Source: a virus
Lineage: Duplodnaviria > Caudoviricetes
Virus record (IMG/VR): IMGVR_UViG_3300036760_000504
Coordinates: 1 to 53,893 of that record
Strand: one strand, 5' to 3'
DNA: 53,893 bases
In this document: piece by piece, positions 17,561 to 26,183 of the stretch
How the letters are laid out: each line of letters opens with the position of its first letter
Numbering within the stretch: the first letter of the stretch is position 1
Program-made: the position numbers and the translations under genes
Notes under the pieces: generated by a model
Seen by the model: only the letters and a program-made list of their open reading frames with translations
Told to the model about the DNA's origin: nothing
Database searches by the model: none

Positions 17561-19245
17561 CTTCCCCTGACCGCCGCCGGCCTGAGAGGATTGGTATGAA
17601 AGTCCAGTTGATAAACGCCGATGTGCTGGAGGGGCTGGGAAAATTCCCCGACAATCACTTTGACTCCTGCGTCTGCGATCCGCCTTATGAATTAGGTTTT
17701 ATGGGCAAGAAATGGGATTCAACCGGCATCGCCTATTCGGTGGAGATGTGGCGGGAGGTGCTGCGGGTTTTGAAGCCGGGGGCGCACCTGCTGGCCTTTG
17801 GGGGCAGCCGGACTTATCACCGGCTAGCCTGCGCCATTGAGGACGGCGGGTTTCAAATTCGCGATCAACTGCAATGGATTTTTGGCTCCGGGTTTCCTAA
17901 ATCCCTGGACGTTGGGAAGGCGATTGACAAGGCGGCGGGGGCGGAGCGGACTGAAAAAGTTTGGACTGATCGCTATAAGGATGGGAAAACCCGCCAAAAT
18001 CTTGGGCCGATAGGAAATCTCTGGCCGCATGCGAATGGCAATGAGGCGACCGTCCCGGCCACAGACCTCGCCCGGCAATGGGACGGCTGGGGCACGGCCT
18101 TGAAACCGGCGCATGAGCCGATCGTGGTGGCCCGGAAGCCCCCAGAGGGCACGATCATTCAGAACGTGCTCAAGTGGGGGGCCGGGGCGATAAACGTGGC
18201 GGGGTGCATGATCCCGGTTTCTAAAGAGGATGCGGAGCATACGGCGAGGCCAAACTTAAAAGGTAAAATATCTGCTCCCGGAGGCAAGTTATGGGTAATG
18301 AGAAAATATAAACAAGAACACGATATTTCAAGCGGCCGTTGGCCCGCCAACGTGATTCACGACGGCTCTGATGAGGTGCTGGCGGAGTTTGAGAAATCCG
18401 GGAATAGGCCGTCCGGGGCCATGAAGAAACCCTACACCTATAAGAATAACGGGTTTTCAATGGGTGCGCCTTCTGGCGAGACTCGGGCAAACCATGAATC
18501 GAACACCGGCTCCGCCGCCCGCTTCTTCTACTGGGCCAAAAGTTCACCGGCGGAAAGAAATAAAGGACTTGACAGTACCTATACCGTCAAGTATAATATA
18601 CCCAAAATAGGAGGGGTATTATGCAAAGGCGTGGGTATGGTTCTGGTGGAATTACTGCAAAAGGTTATGTCAGAATCAACCGTGACATGGAGCATAGGCG
18701 AGTCTGGCGAAAGCATTATGGGCCAGTGCCCGTCGGGTTCTTTATCCACCATAAAGACCTTGATAAGCAAAATAACGACATCACAAATCTTGAACTTATT
18801 GACACCCTCACTCATAAACGACTGCATAGCGGGTGCGAACTCAGAGACGGAGAGTGGTGGAAGCCTTGCCGGAAGTGCGGCGAAATTAAGCCAGTCTCAA
18901 CCGAATATTACCAACGGAAGCCAAGCGGAATTAGCCCATGGTGTAAGTCTTGCTGTGTCAGAAATGCTGTCAGTAATAAGCGACGCCGAAAATTGGAAGC
19001 CCTCAAGAAATACCCATAGCACGGTCAAGCCCCTGTCCCTCATGACCTACCTGGTGCGTCTGGTGACTCCGCCGGGGGGCCTGGTGCTGGATTGTTTCTG
19101 CGGGAGTGGAAGCACCCTCATCGCTGCGGCCAAGGAAGGGTTTGACAGCGTGGGGATTGATAAAGAAGCGGCCTACGTTGAAATGAGCCAGAAGCGAATT
19201 GCGGGGGAGATGGGTATGCTGTGCGAGGTGTCCATTGAAGATTGA
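17557..19245 (+). CDS. N6/N4 DNA methyltransferase (beta order) with about 145-aa in-frame insertion; start may be 17596
   Basis: CDPPYELGF, GSGFPKS, ALKPAHEPI, GRWPANV, HSTVKP, LDCFCGSGST. Confidence 0.88.
   Translation: MTSPDRRRPERIGMKVQLINADVLEGLGKFPDNHFDSCVCDPPYELGFMGKKWDSTGIAYSVEMWREVLRVLKPGAHLLAFGGSRTYHRLACAIEDGGFQIRDQLQWIFGSGFPKSLDVGKAIDKAAGAERTEKVWTDRYKDGKTRQNLGPIGNLWPHANGNEATVPATDLARQWDGWGTALKPAHEPIVVARKPPEGTIIQNVLKWGAGAINVAGCMIPVSKEDAEHTARPNLKGKISAPGGKLWVMRKYKQEHDISSGRWPANVIHDGSDEVLAEFEKSGNRPSGAMKKPYTYKNNGFSMGAPSGETRANHESNTGSAARFFYWAKSSPAERNKGLDSTYTVKYNIPKIGGVLCKGVGMVLVELLQKVMSESTVTWSIGESGESIMGQCPSGSLSTIKTLISKITTSQILNLLTPSLINDCIAGANSETESGGSLAGSAAKLSQSQPNITNGSQAELAHGVSLAVSEMLSVISDAENWKPSRNTHSTVKPLSLMTYLVRLVTPPGGLVLDCFCGSGSTLIAAAKEGFDSVGIDKEAAYVEMSQKRIAGEMGMLCEVSIED
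18569..18597 (+). promoter_or_regulatory. Consensus sigma70 promoter inside the MTase gene, driving the nested HNH
   Basis: TTGACA(18569)-17 bp-TATAAT(18592); AGGAGG RBS before ATG 18621. Confidence 0.85.
18621..19019 (+). CDS. HNH endonuclease nested in an alternative frame of the MTase
   Basis: GYVRI..EHRRVW..HHKDLDKQNNDITNLELI..HKRLH, plus C-terminal CRKC/CKSC Zn finger; own promoter and RBS. Confidence 0.88.
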   Translation: MQRRGYGSGGITAKGYVRINRDMEHRRVWRKHYGPVPVGFFIHHKDLDKQNNDITNLELIDTLTHKRLHSGCELRDGEWWKPCRKCGEIKPVSTEYYQRKPSGISPWCKSCCVRNAVSNKRRRKLEALKKYP

Positions 19246-19399
19246 CTGCCCCGGCCCCCTGGATGTGGCCATCGCGATCCTGTCGCCGCTCATCGTGGCG
19301 GTGCTGACGGTGGTGTTTTTGCTGGGGTTTTGGGCGGCGGCGCTATGGCGGTGGGGGAGGGGAGAGGAAATTTAACCACAAAACGACAGGAGGGACGCT

Positions 19400-19609
19400 T
19401 TGAAAGAATCGGGCATTGTGAAATGGTTCAACGACGCTAAGGGGTTTGGTTTCATTGAGCGCAAAGGCAAGCCGGACGTGTTCGTGCATTATTCCGGGAT
19501 CGCCAGTAACGGCAAGGGGCGGCGGACCCTTTACAAGGGGAACTCGGTTGAGTTCGAGTTGGGCCAGGGCCCCAAGGGGCTTCAGGCGCTTGGCGTCATG
19601 GTCAAGTGA
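19400..19609 (+). CDS. Cold-shock domain protein (TTG start)
   Basis: [25 protein letters not shown]1/RNP2 motifs; AGGAGG RBS. Confidence 0.92.
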   Translation: MKESGIVKWFNDAKGFGFIERKGKPDVFVHYSGIASNGKGRRTLYKGNSVEFELGQGPKGLQALGVMVK

Positions 19610-19627
19610 GCGGCAAGGAGAATAATC

Positions 19628-19879
19628 ATGGTTAGCTGGTTCTGGATTCCATTGGCGGCGTTCGGAGGCTTCATCTTGGGCGGCAATATCCTGGCGCTTT
19701 TATCATCTGGCCGGGAGGAAGATGCCTATTCTGATGGGTATGTAATTGGGCGTCATGTGGGATTTGAGGCCTGGATTAAGAGCATCGGGGGGGCAGGACC
19801 CGGGGGGCAAGCGGAACCGATATCCACCAACCCGCCGGACAATAATTGGAGTTCGGTTGAAAGGCTGGTGGCCCCATGA
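19628..19879 (+). CDS. Hypothetical membrane protein
   Basis: AAGGAG RBS; N-terminal TM segment. Confidence 0.55.
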   Translation: MVSWFWIPLAAFGGFILGGNILALLSSGREEDAYSDGYVIGRHVGFEAWIKSIGGAGPGGQAEPISTNPPDNNWSSVERLVAP

Positions 19880-20565
19880 AAAACTATATCAGCATGGGGT
19901 TTGGGGTTAATTCGGTCGCTCTGTACCTTGACCAGAAAGATAAAGGCGTAGATTTTGAGGCAGTCTATGTCGATCTTGAGTGTGATTGGCCCGAAACAAA
20001 AGAATATGTTGAAATGTTCTGCAATAAATATCCGGTGACAATTATTAAGCCAGGATATGTTAGGGAATCTTTAAGAAAGATTTATGATAATCTTTATGAT
20101 TATTGTATTGACATGAAAATCATTCCATATCGCACGCAAAGATGGTGTACAGCCAATTTTAAGGTTATTCCGTTGCTTCATTATTTCCAAACTCCATGTT
20201 TTGTCTTAATGGGCATAGACGCAGGAGAATCACATAGAGCAAAATTATCAAGCACTAAAGGAACTGAGAACCGTTTCCCCTTGATCGAAGATGGTATAGA
20301 CCGGAACGGTTGTATAGAAATCATTAAATCTCATGGATTGCCGGTTCCAGTAAAGTCAGGTTGTTGGTTTTGCCCTTTTCAACGGGTTTCCGAATTTAGG
20401 AAATTACGCAGATTGCATCCCGATCTATTCTGCAAAGCCGTAGAGATTGAAAAAAACTCTGGTAAATTTTTAGTGGCAACCAATACTTTGTCGAAAATCA
20501 TCAATGAGCCAGATGCCTTCCTTTTCGAGGAACTGGCTTATCCACCCTGCCAATGTGGGCTTTAA
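19876..20565 (+). CDS. PAPS-reductase-like (PP-loop) protein
   Basis: ISMGFGVNS, RWCTANFK, KSGCWFCPF, C-terminal CQC; AT-rich. Confidence 0.75.
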   Translation: MKNYISMGFGVNSVALYLDQKDKGVDFEAVYVDLECDWPETKEYVEMFCNKYPVTIIKPGYVRESLRKIYDNLYDYCIDMKIIPYRTQRWCTANFKVIPLLHYFQTPCFVLMGIDAGESHRAKLSSTKGTENRFPLIEDGIDRNGCIEIIKSHGLPVPVKSGCWFCPFQRVSEFRKLRRLHPDLFCKAVEIEKNSGKFLVATNTLSKIINEPDAFLFEELAYPPCQCGL

Positions 20566-20734
20566 CATGAAAAGACCTTCCAAAATCTTGAACAGAATCG
20601 TGGATAAGGTGCTGGCCTACAAGCCCAAGCCTAAAACCAAAAAGGCTAAGGATTCCAAGGATGAAGAACCAAATAGGGACTAAAGTATATAATTCCCTTA
20701 TTTTTGTACTCAAGCAAGCCTGGAGGCAGGAGGC

Positions 20735-21145
20735 ATGACCGGCCTGGCTATGGCGCTTCTGTTGGCCTGGATGCGGGTCTGCTCCCTGCACTATGGGGTG
20801 GAGCCGGAATTTGCTCTGGCGGTTGCCCGGGTGGAATCTGGGGTGCCAGGGGGCCCGGCGCTCCGGTGCGGACCCCTGGGACGATCGGGCAAATATTATG
20901 GGCCGTTCGGCTTACATCGGGACTTTCTGCGGCGCTGGCCTATTGACAATCCGTTTGTCAACGTCGAGATCGGAGTCAAGGCGCTTCGGGGCCAGGATAA
21001 GCTCCGGGTGCTGAGACGGTATAATCCTACACGATTGAACCGAGCTTATGAGCAGGCCGTGATGAGGCTCTATCGTCAAGAGAAGGCCAGGAGGCAAACC
21101 AATGAAACCGGCGACATGCGGGTTTTTTCATCCAAGCGCCATTAA
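20735..21145 (+). CDS. Lytic transglycosylase (SLT-like)
   Basis: YGVEPEFALAVARVESG catalytic Glu motif; NVEIGV; RRYN. Confidence 0.7.
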   Translation: MTGLAMALLLAWMRVCSLHYGVEPEFALAVARVESGVPGGPALRCGPLGRSGKYYGPFGLHRDFLRRWPIDNPFVNVEIGVKALRGQDKLRVLRRYNPTRLNRAYEQAVMRLYRQEKARRQTNETGDMRVFSSKRH

Positions 21146-21294
21146 CCCGAATGTCTGCGCCAAATGGATTAAACCCCTGGAACCCGGGAAGCCGCCTTTC
21201 TGCCTAGCCGATGAGGAGTGTCGGACCCAGGGGTTACGCTGGGCACCGCGGGCCGACTCGGATGATGATGGTGAGATTGACTAAGAGGGAAAGG

Positions 21295-21600
21295 ATGGCA
21301 AAGCCTCAGAAACCCGAAACAGCCTTGAAAAGGTCGTGCTCCCAACTCTTGCGAACGTTCGGGGGATTCTCTATCCCTATCCCTGGCGGCGCCTATGGAA
21401 TGCCAGGCGCCCCCGACCGGATAGTATTTTTTCAGGGGCAGGCTTTCGCAACTGAGTTTAAGGCGCCCGGCAAAAACCTGGGGCCAAAGCAAGTTGAGAT
21501 CAAAGAGCGCATTGAGGCCACCGGTTGCCCATACCTGCTCATCCGGTCGGTAAGGGATTTCGTGCAGGCCCTGGGCCTGCCAGTGAGGGGGCTGTTCTGA
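21295..21600 (+). CDS. VRR-NUC-like nuclease / resolvase
   Basis: PETAL..GAPDRIV..TEFKAPGKNLGPKQ. Confidence 0.8.
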   Translation: MAKPQKPETALKRSCSQLLRTFGGFSIPIPGGAYGMPGAPDRIVFFQGQAFATEFKAPGKNLGPKQVEIKERIEATGCPYLLIRSVRDFVQALGLPVRGLF

Positions 21601-21800
21601 TGCCAGGGCCACCACTCGCCACCATCATAATCCAGAAGATCGAGTTCTGGCGGGGCGTGCCGGTCATAGCCCAGGCCCTGGGGATGCACGAGCGCACGGT
21701 GCGGAGGCTGATAGCGGCGGGCAAGCTCCCGGTAAAGCGCGATGAAACCGGGGCATGGGTGCTTAATTCGCTCGACTATTACCGTTCGCTCCAAGGGTAG
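21600..21800 (+). CDS. Small HTH (excisionase/MerR-like) DNA-binding protein
   Basis: IAQALGMHERTVRRLIAAGKLP..GAW; TGATG coupling to the upstream gene. Confidence 0.7.
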   Translation: MPGPPLATIIIQKIEFWRGVPVIAQALGMHERTVRRLIAAGKLPVKRDETGAWVLNSLDYYRSLQG

Positions 21801-21804
21801 GTGA

Positions 21805-22392
21805 GTGGAAGAACCAAAACCCAGATTTTATGCGTCGGTGAAGTGGGGAATCGAAAACCCGACCGTTATGCTGGTCGCCGTGTACACGCCGCCGCCAACA
21901 GACCACCTTCATGTCTTTCGGGAGTTGTATGAGGAGGGCTTTTACTTTGATGACCTCCTGCCTATTGCTAAGGCCTGGGCCGCAGAATTTAACATCAGGA
22001 AGTTTTTCGCAGACCCCAAGGAGCCGGAGTTTATCAAACGGATGCGGCGGCAACGGTTGTGGGCGGTGGAGGGCCGGGATGAGCTGGCTCTGGCCCGGAA
22101 TCTGATAGGCAAAAGGATGAGGCAATCAATAACAATAGCGGCGGCATTCAAGGGGGAGCACGACCCGGCCAAGCGGTCGGTGCTTATGAAGAGCATTGTC
22201 GGGGGGATCAGTTTTTCCCAGGACTGCCCCCGGACGGTGCAAGAGTTTTTCCATTATCGGATGCCGGAGAAAAATCCCAGGAAGCCGTCTCGGGACAAGC
22301 CCTTGGATATGGACAATTTCGGTATTGGGGCACTGCATTTTCTGGTTTTGGGGTTGGCGAGCGAGGTAACGCCGCGGGTGAGGTGGTTGTGA
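21805..22392 (+). CDS. Stand-alone terminase nuclease-like (RNase H fold) domain, catalytically degenerate
   Basis: SVKWGIENPT (usual VDWG..NP), HVFRELY, FFADP, CPRTVQEFFHY, KPLDMDNFGIGALHF (usual D.H..DALRY). Confidence 0.6.
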   Translation: MEEPKPRFYASVKWGIENPTVMLVAVYTPPPTDHLHVFRELYEEGFYFDDLLPIAKAWAAEFNIRKFFADPKEPEFIKRMRRQRLWAVEGRDELALARNLIGKRMRQSITIAAAFKGEHDPAKRSVLMKSIVGGISFSQDCPRTVQEFFHYRMPEKNPRKPSRDKPLDMDNFGIGALHFLVLGLASEVTPRVRWL

Positions 22393-22428
22393 CAATAAAT
22401 AGGGTGAATCATTGAAGGAGGTCAAGTA

Positions 22429-22614
22429 ATGGCTGAGGTAGTTCTGTCTGATGGGGAACAGCGGGAAGTAAAAGAGCTGAGGAAAGCTTTGGATAAGCTG
22501 GATGCGATCTACGACCAGGACCCCGAGGACCTTGAACTGATCGTGCCCACCGCCAAGGTTATGCGGCATCTGGCGCGTCTATTTCTGTGGGCGCATAAGG
22601 AGGGCAGAATCTGA
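22429..22614 (+). CDS. Hypothetical protein
   Basis: AAGGAGG RBS; 61 aa. Confidence 0.6.
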   Translation: MAEVVLSDGEQREVKELRKALDKLDAIYDQDPEDLELIVPTAKVMRHLARLFLWAHKEGRI

Positions 22615-22821
22615 TGGCATACGATCCGAGCAAAGACGTGGAGTTGAAGGCGTGGCGCATCCCATTCCGACCATGGCAGTATTGGGAGGCTTTGAAGTGC
22701 TCAAAGGCAACGGGCTGATCATCCCCGACGGCACCCTGAATCACTTGGTGGAAACCTTGCTCCAGAAGGAGGCAGCGGGGGCCTTCATGAACAAGCTGGG
22801 ACTCAGACCCGGAGACCTAAA

Positions 22822-22980
22822 ATGATGCTCTTCGGCCCGCCACCCAAGGACGGCTTCGTTACCTACGTGGATGCCAGGAAGGTGCGTTCTACAAACCCCG
22901 GTTACTGTTTCCTCAAATCCGGCTGGCGCCGGGTGGGGAAATCAAAGAGTGGGAAAATCCTGTTACAGGCAAACCAATGA
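22822..22980 (+). pseudogene. C-terminal remnant of a Mom-like DNA-modification protein
   Basis: Manual translation FVTYVDARKVRSTNPGYCFLKSGWRRVG; only 52 aa. Confidence 0.45.
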
Positions 22981-23489
22981 GCCGCAACCTTGCCGTTTTT
23001 GACTACCGCCCCGACTGGCCCCTCTTCCTGGCCCTTGATTTCGGCTGGTGGAACAACTTCACCGGCTGGGTGCAGCCGTCGGGAAACGGTGATCGGGTGA
23101 TCGTGCTCTACGGCCACTATCAGGAGATGCGAACCAATGAGGAAAACGCCAAGCTGGCCCTGGCCATTCACCAGGCCCGGGGTTACGGCCAACTCACCGG
23201 CGGCTGGGGCGACCCTTCCAAGCCGGAAGCGTTGCGTTCATATTCTCAGGTGTTCGGGGCCTTAATCCTGGGGGCCGGGGGCCGGGTAGAAGATGGCCAT
23301 GAACTAGTGCGCCGGTGGCTCAAGGCGGCGCAGATGACCCGGGGCGAGTCGGGACTGGTGTTCTCCCGGCATTGCCCGGCCCGGCTGTTCAAAGAGTGGC
23401 GAGACTACCGGGAGCATCGGCCGGGTATCGGGGCACATCATAGCTGTGACGCGGTGCGCTACTTTCTCAAGGGCTGGACGGGGCGATGA
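22977..23489 (+). CDS. Terminase large subunit nuclease domain as a separate gene
   Basis: LALDFGW, GWGDPS, VEDGHELVRRWL, FSRHC...EWRDY, HSCDAVRYF with acidic residues intact. Confidence 0.72.
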   Translation: MSRNLAVFDYRPDWPLFLALDFGWWNNFTGWVQPSGNGDRVIVLYGHYQEMRTNEENAKLALAIHQARGYGQLTGGWGDPSKPEALRSYSQVFGALILGAGGRVEDGHELVRRWLKAAQMTRGESGLVFSRHCPARLFKEWRDYREHRPGIGAHHSCDAVRYFLKGWTGR

Positions 23490-23610
23490 GAGCACGCTGA
23501 GCGATCCGCCCATGCAATGTGTAGGGTGTGGGGGAGTTCGGGGCAAGGCGGGGCACAAACTGATTTGAGACTTAATCTGTCCACAAGCGCCGGGAGGAGC
23601 GGCACGGCAT

Positions 23611-24093
23611 ATGGGTAAGCGGGAAGAAACCGATAATCTGGCGATGGAGGTCTATTCGCTAACTTTGCAAAACATGAGCAAGGTGCAGATCGCCAAATAT
23701 CTTGGTATCGACCGGAAGCAGGTTTACCGCCTGATTAAGCGCTACAAAGCCATCCTCCGGTGGCTCGCTGACCATATCGACGGCGCGCTGCACCTGGGGG
23801 AAACCCTTGTCGGCCTTAAACAGTTATACCGGGATGCCCTGGAAAACATTGGGAAGTCGGACCCCGGAAGCGCGGTTGCCGTGGGCTGGGCGAGGGTAGC
23901 CCTGGACGCCCTGAAGGAAATGAAGAAACTCCTGCAAGAGTGCGGGGCGGTGTTCAAAATGCCGGAGTCGGTAGAGGACGGGATACCGTTCGATGACCCG
24001 GAGATTCGGAGAGATTACATGGAACTTCAGGCGCGGGCTTGGGCCAAGGGCAAGGTACTGGCCGGGGGGAAGGAGGGGAGCGGGGATGAGTAA
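23611..24093 (+). CDS. Putative terminase small subunit (HTH)
   Basis: SKVQIAKYLGIDRKQVYRLIK HTH followed by helices; GGAGG RBS; packaging context. Confidence 0.6.
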   Translation: MGKREETDNLAMEVYSLTLQNMSKVQIAKYLGIDRKQVYRLIKRYKAILRWLADHIDGALHLGETLVGLKQLYRDALENIGKSDPGSAVAVGWARVALDALKEMKKLLQECGAVFKMPESVEDGIPFDDPEIRRDYMELQARAWAKGKVLAGGKEGSGDE

Positions 24094-25285
24094 GAAGCCG
24101 GTGGGATTGAAGGATTTCAAAACTGAAATGGTGGCGGTGGCGGACTTGATCCCCTATGTCAACAATCCAAAGGCGCACCCGGCCGGCCAGGTGGACAAGA
24201 TCGCCTCGTCAATCAAAAATTTCGGCTTCCTGGTACCCCTGGTAGTGGACGGGGGAAATGAAATCGTGGCGGGCCATGGGCGCTATGAAGCAGCGCAGAA
24301 GCTCGGCCTGGGGGTGGTGCCATGCGTCCGGGCGGATAATCTCACGCCTGGTGAGGTCAGACTTTTCAGGATTGCTGACAACCGCACCGCCGAAAGCGCC
24401 TGGTTCCCCGAATCGCTGGCACTCGAACTCAAGGCCCTGGAGGAAATGGACTTTGATTTGGGGTTGACCGGGTTTGACCTTGATGAGCTTGAGGAAATGG
24501 GAATCGGCGCGGGCAACGACCCTTCCCCGGAAGACCCCGGCCCACAGATTGACCGGGCCGCGGAGTTGCAGGAGAAGTGGGGGACGAAGCGGGGCCAGAT
24601 ATGGCAGGTCGGGAGACATAGGGTTACGTGCGGAGATAGTAATAAGCAATCCGATGTTAATTTATTATTAGGAAATAATAAACCAGATACGTTAATTTTT
24701 GATCCTGAATGGGATCAGATGAATGGAATTATAAAATATAACTGCGAATATTATAAGTCAGTATTGGCTTTTACCGATGCAAGAAGAATCGGGGAATCTA
24801 TAAAAATATTCGGAATACCTACTTGGTTATTTGTTTGGGATGCTCAAGCATGTTGGTACACCCCAAATAGACCATTACAGAGGGCTAAATATTGTTTGTG
24901 GTATGGAGATATTACTAAATATAACTTCGATGGGGCACATTATGGGGAGCCATTAGAATCGAAAACAGTGAGCAATACCCGCGGCACATATAATTATAAA
25001 TCAGACCCAAGAGGCAAACACTTAGCTGACATTTACTGTGAACAACTTACGAAAGTTCACAAAGAAAGCGGCCACAGCCATAGTAAACCTTTAGATTGGA
25101 TGCGGTGTTTAATCGGTTGCTGTGGAATTGGTGATGTTTTTGATCCTTTCCTTGGAAGTGGTGCAAGCCTTGCAGCTTGCGAGAAATTAGATAGGATTTG
25201 TTATGGAATAGAAATTAATCCGGCATTTATAGCCGTAGCCTTGGATTTGGCCGAACAAATGGGCTTGCAACCGGAGTTATTATGA
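24086..25285 (+). CDS. ParB-like domain fused to a DNA methyltransferase
   Basis: LIPYVNNPKAH..IVAGHGRYEAA..RIADNR; GRHRVTCGDS; IFDPEW; HSHSKP; VFDPFLGSG. Confidence 0.85.
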   Translation: MSKKPVGLKDFKTEMVAVADLIPYVNNPKAHPAGQVDKIASSIKNFGFLVPLVVDGGNEIVAGHGRYEAAQKLGLGVVPCVRADNLTPGEVRLFRIADNRTAESAWFPESLALELKALEEMDFDLGLTGFDLDELEEMGIGAGNDPSPEDPGPQIDRAAELQEKWGTKRGQIWQVGRHRVTCGDSNKQSDVNLLLGNNKPDTLIFDPEWDQMNGIIKYNCEYYKSVLAFTDARRIGESIKIFGIPTWLFVWDAQACWYTPNRPLQRAKYCLWYGDITKYNFDGAHYGEPLESKTVSNTRGTYNYKSDPRGKHLADIYCEQLTKVHKESGHSHSKPLDWMRCLIGCCGIGDVFDPFLGSGASLAACEKLDRICYGIEINPAFIAVALDLAEQMGLQPELL

Positions 25286-26013
25286 GCCGCCCGCAAATCC
25301 TTTTTGATCAGATAGGGCTTCCCGAGTCTTTCCAATTGGGCAATGGCCCTCTCCCGGAATCCAGGCCAGTCAATTTCTTTGGCCAGGGGATGATAGTTCA
25401 GTTTTCCCACTTTGAAGAAATCCACAAGGGGGGCCGTGGCATCCAGGAGTCGGTACACCGCTTCCGGGTCAATGACGGGCTCAAAGGAAACCCACGTTTT
25501 GATACCAGCATCATGGGCGATCCTGAGAGATTCAATCCGGTCTGCCGGGAGAGCGGCGCCGGGTTCCCACTCCACGCTGACAACCGGGTCGTCATGGGTC
25601 AAGGTTACGCTCCAGGCGTTGAGGGGGTTCATCTTGAGCAGGTCCATATCTCGGATGATTCCCCAGGAGCCGCCTTTGGTAAGAATGGTAGCCGTGAGTT
25701 TGTTTTCCATGAGGGTTTTCAGGGCCATGCGGGTGATCTTTTTGGTTTTCTCACAAGGCTGGTAGGGGTCACTGGTGAAGCTCAAAAGGATTTCCCGAAG
25801 GTCACCGGCCATCTTTGGGGCTTCGTTAAACAGTGCGGTCAGGATGCCGGGCCGGGCTTGAATGTAATCCGGAGAAGAGAATTTCTTCCGGTCGGTAAAT
25901 GTGGCAGATGGTGCAAAACAGTAAACACAGGCATGGGAACAGCCTTTGTAGAGATTCAGGGCCAGGGGAGAATATTCTTTAGCCTTGCCACGGGGTTCAT
26001 AGATTGCTGGCAT
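25201..26013 (-). CDS. Radical SAM protein (SPL-like)
   Basis: NLYKGCSHACVYC CxxxCxxC; SFTSDPYQ; ILTKG; WVSFEP. Confidence 0.85.
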   Translation of the reverse strand: MPAIYEPRGKAKEYSPLALNLYKGCSHACVYCFAPSATFTDRKKFSSPDYIQARPGILTALFNEAPKMAGDLREILLSFTSDPYQPCEKTKKITRMALKTLMENKLTATILTKGGSWGIIRDMDLLKMNPLNAWSVTLTHDDPVVSVEWEPGAALPADRIESLRIAHDAGIKTWVSFEPVIDPEAVYRLLDATAPLVDFFKVGKLNYHPLAKEIDWPGFRERAIAQLERLGKPYLIKKDLRAAHNNSGCKPICSAKSKATAINAGLISIP

Positions 26014-26182
26014 TAGATTTTTCCTCCAGACAGGTAAGAAATTTAGAAACCCAATCAGGGATATTGCGATATCCCTGTTCCCAGTCCTCCACCCGGCGCA
26101 CCGTGACCCCCAGGGCGGCGGCTAAATCCTGTTGCCGCCAGCCCTTAGAGTTTCGTAAATCTTTGAGGTCAGCCGGAGACAT
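25997..26182 (-). CDS. XRE-family HTH protein
   Basis: LKDLRNSKGWRQQDLAAALGVTVRRVEDWEQG. Confidence 0.85.
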   Translation of the reverse strand: MSPADLKDLRNSKGWRQQDLAAALGVTVRRVEDWEQGYRNIPDWVSKFLTCLEEKSNASNL

Positions 26183-26183
26183 A

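Noticed and set aside
18571-19005. Intein or group I intron in the MTase
   Set aside because: No Cys/Ser...His-Asn splice motifs, and almost the whole insert is taken up by the HNH ORF and its promoter, leaving no room for a ribozyme core.
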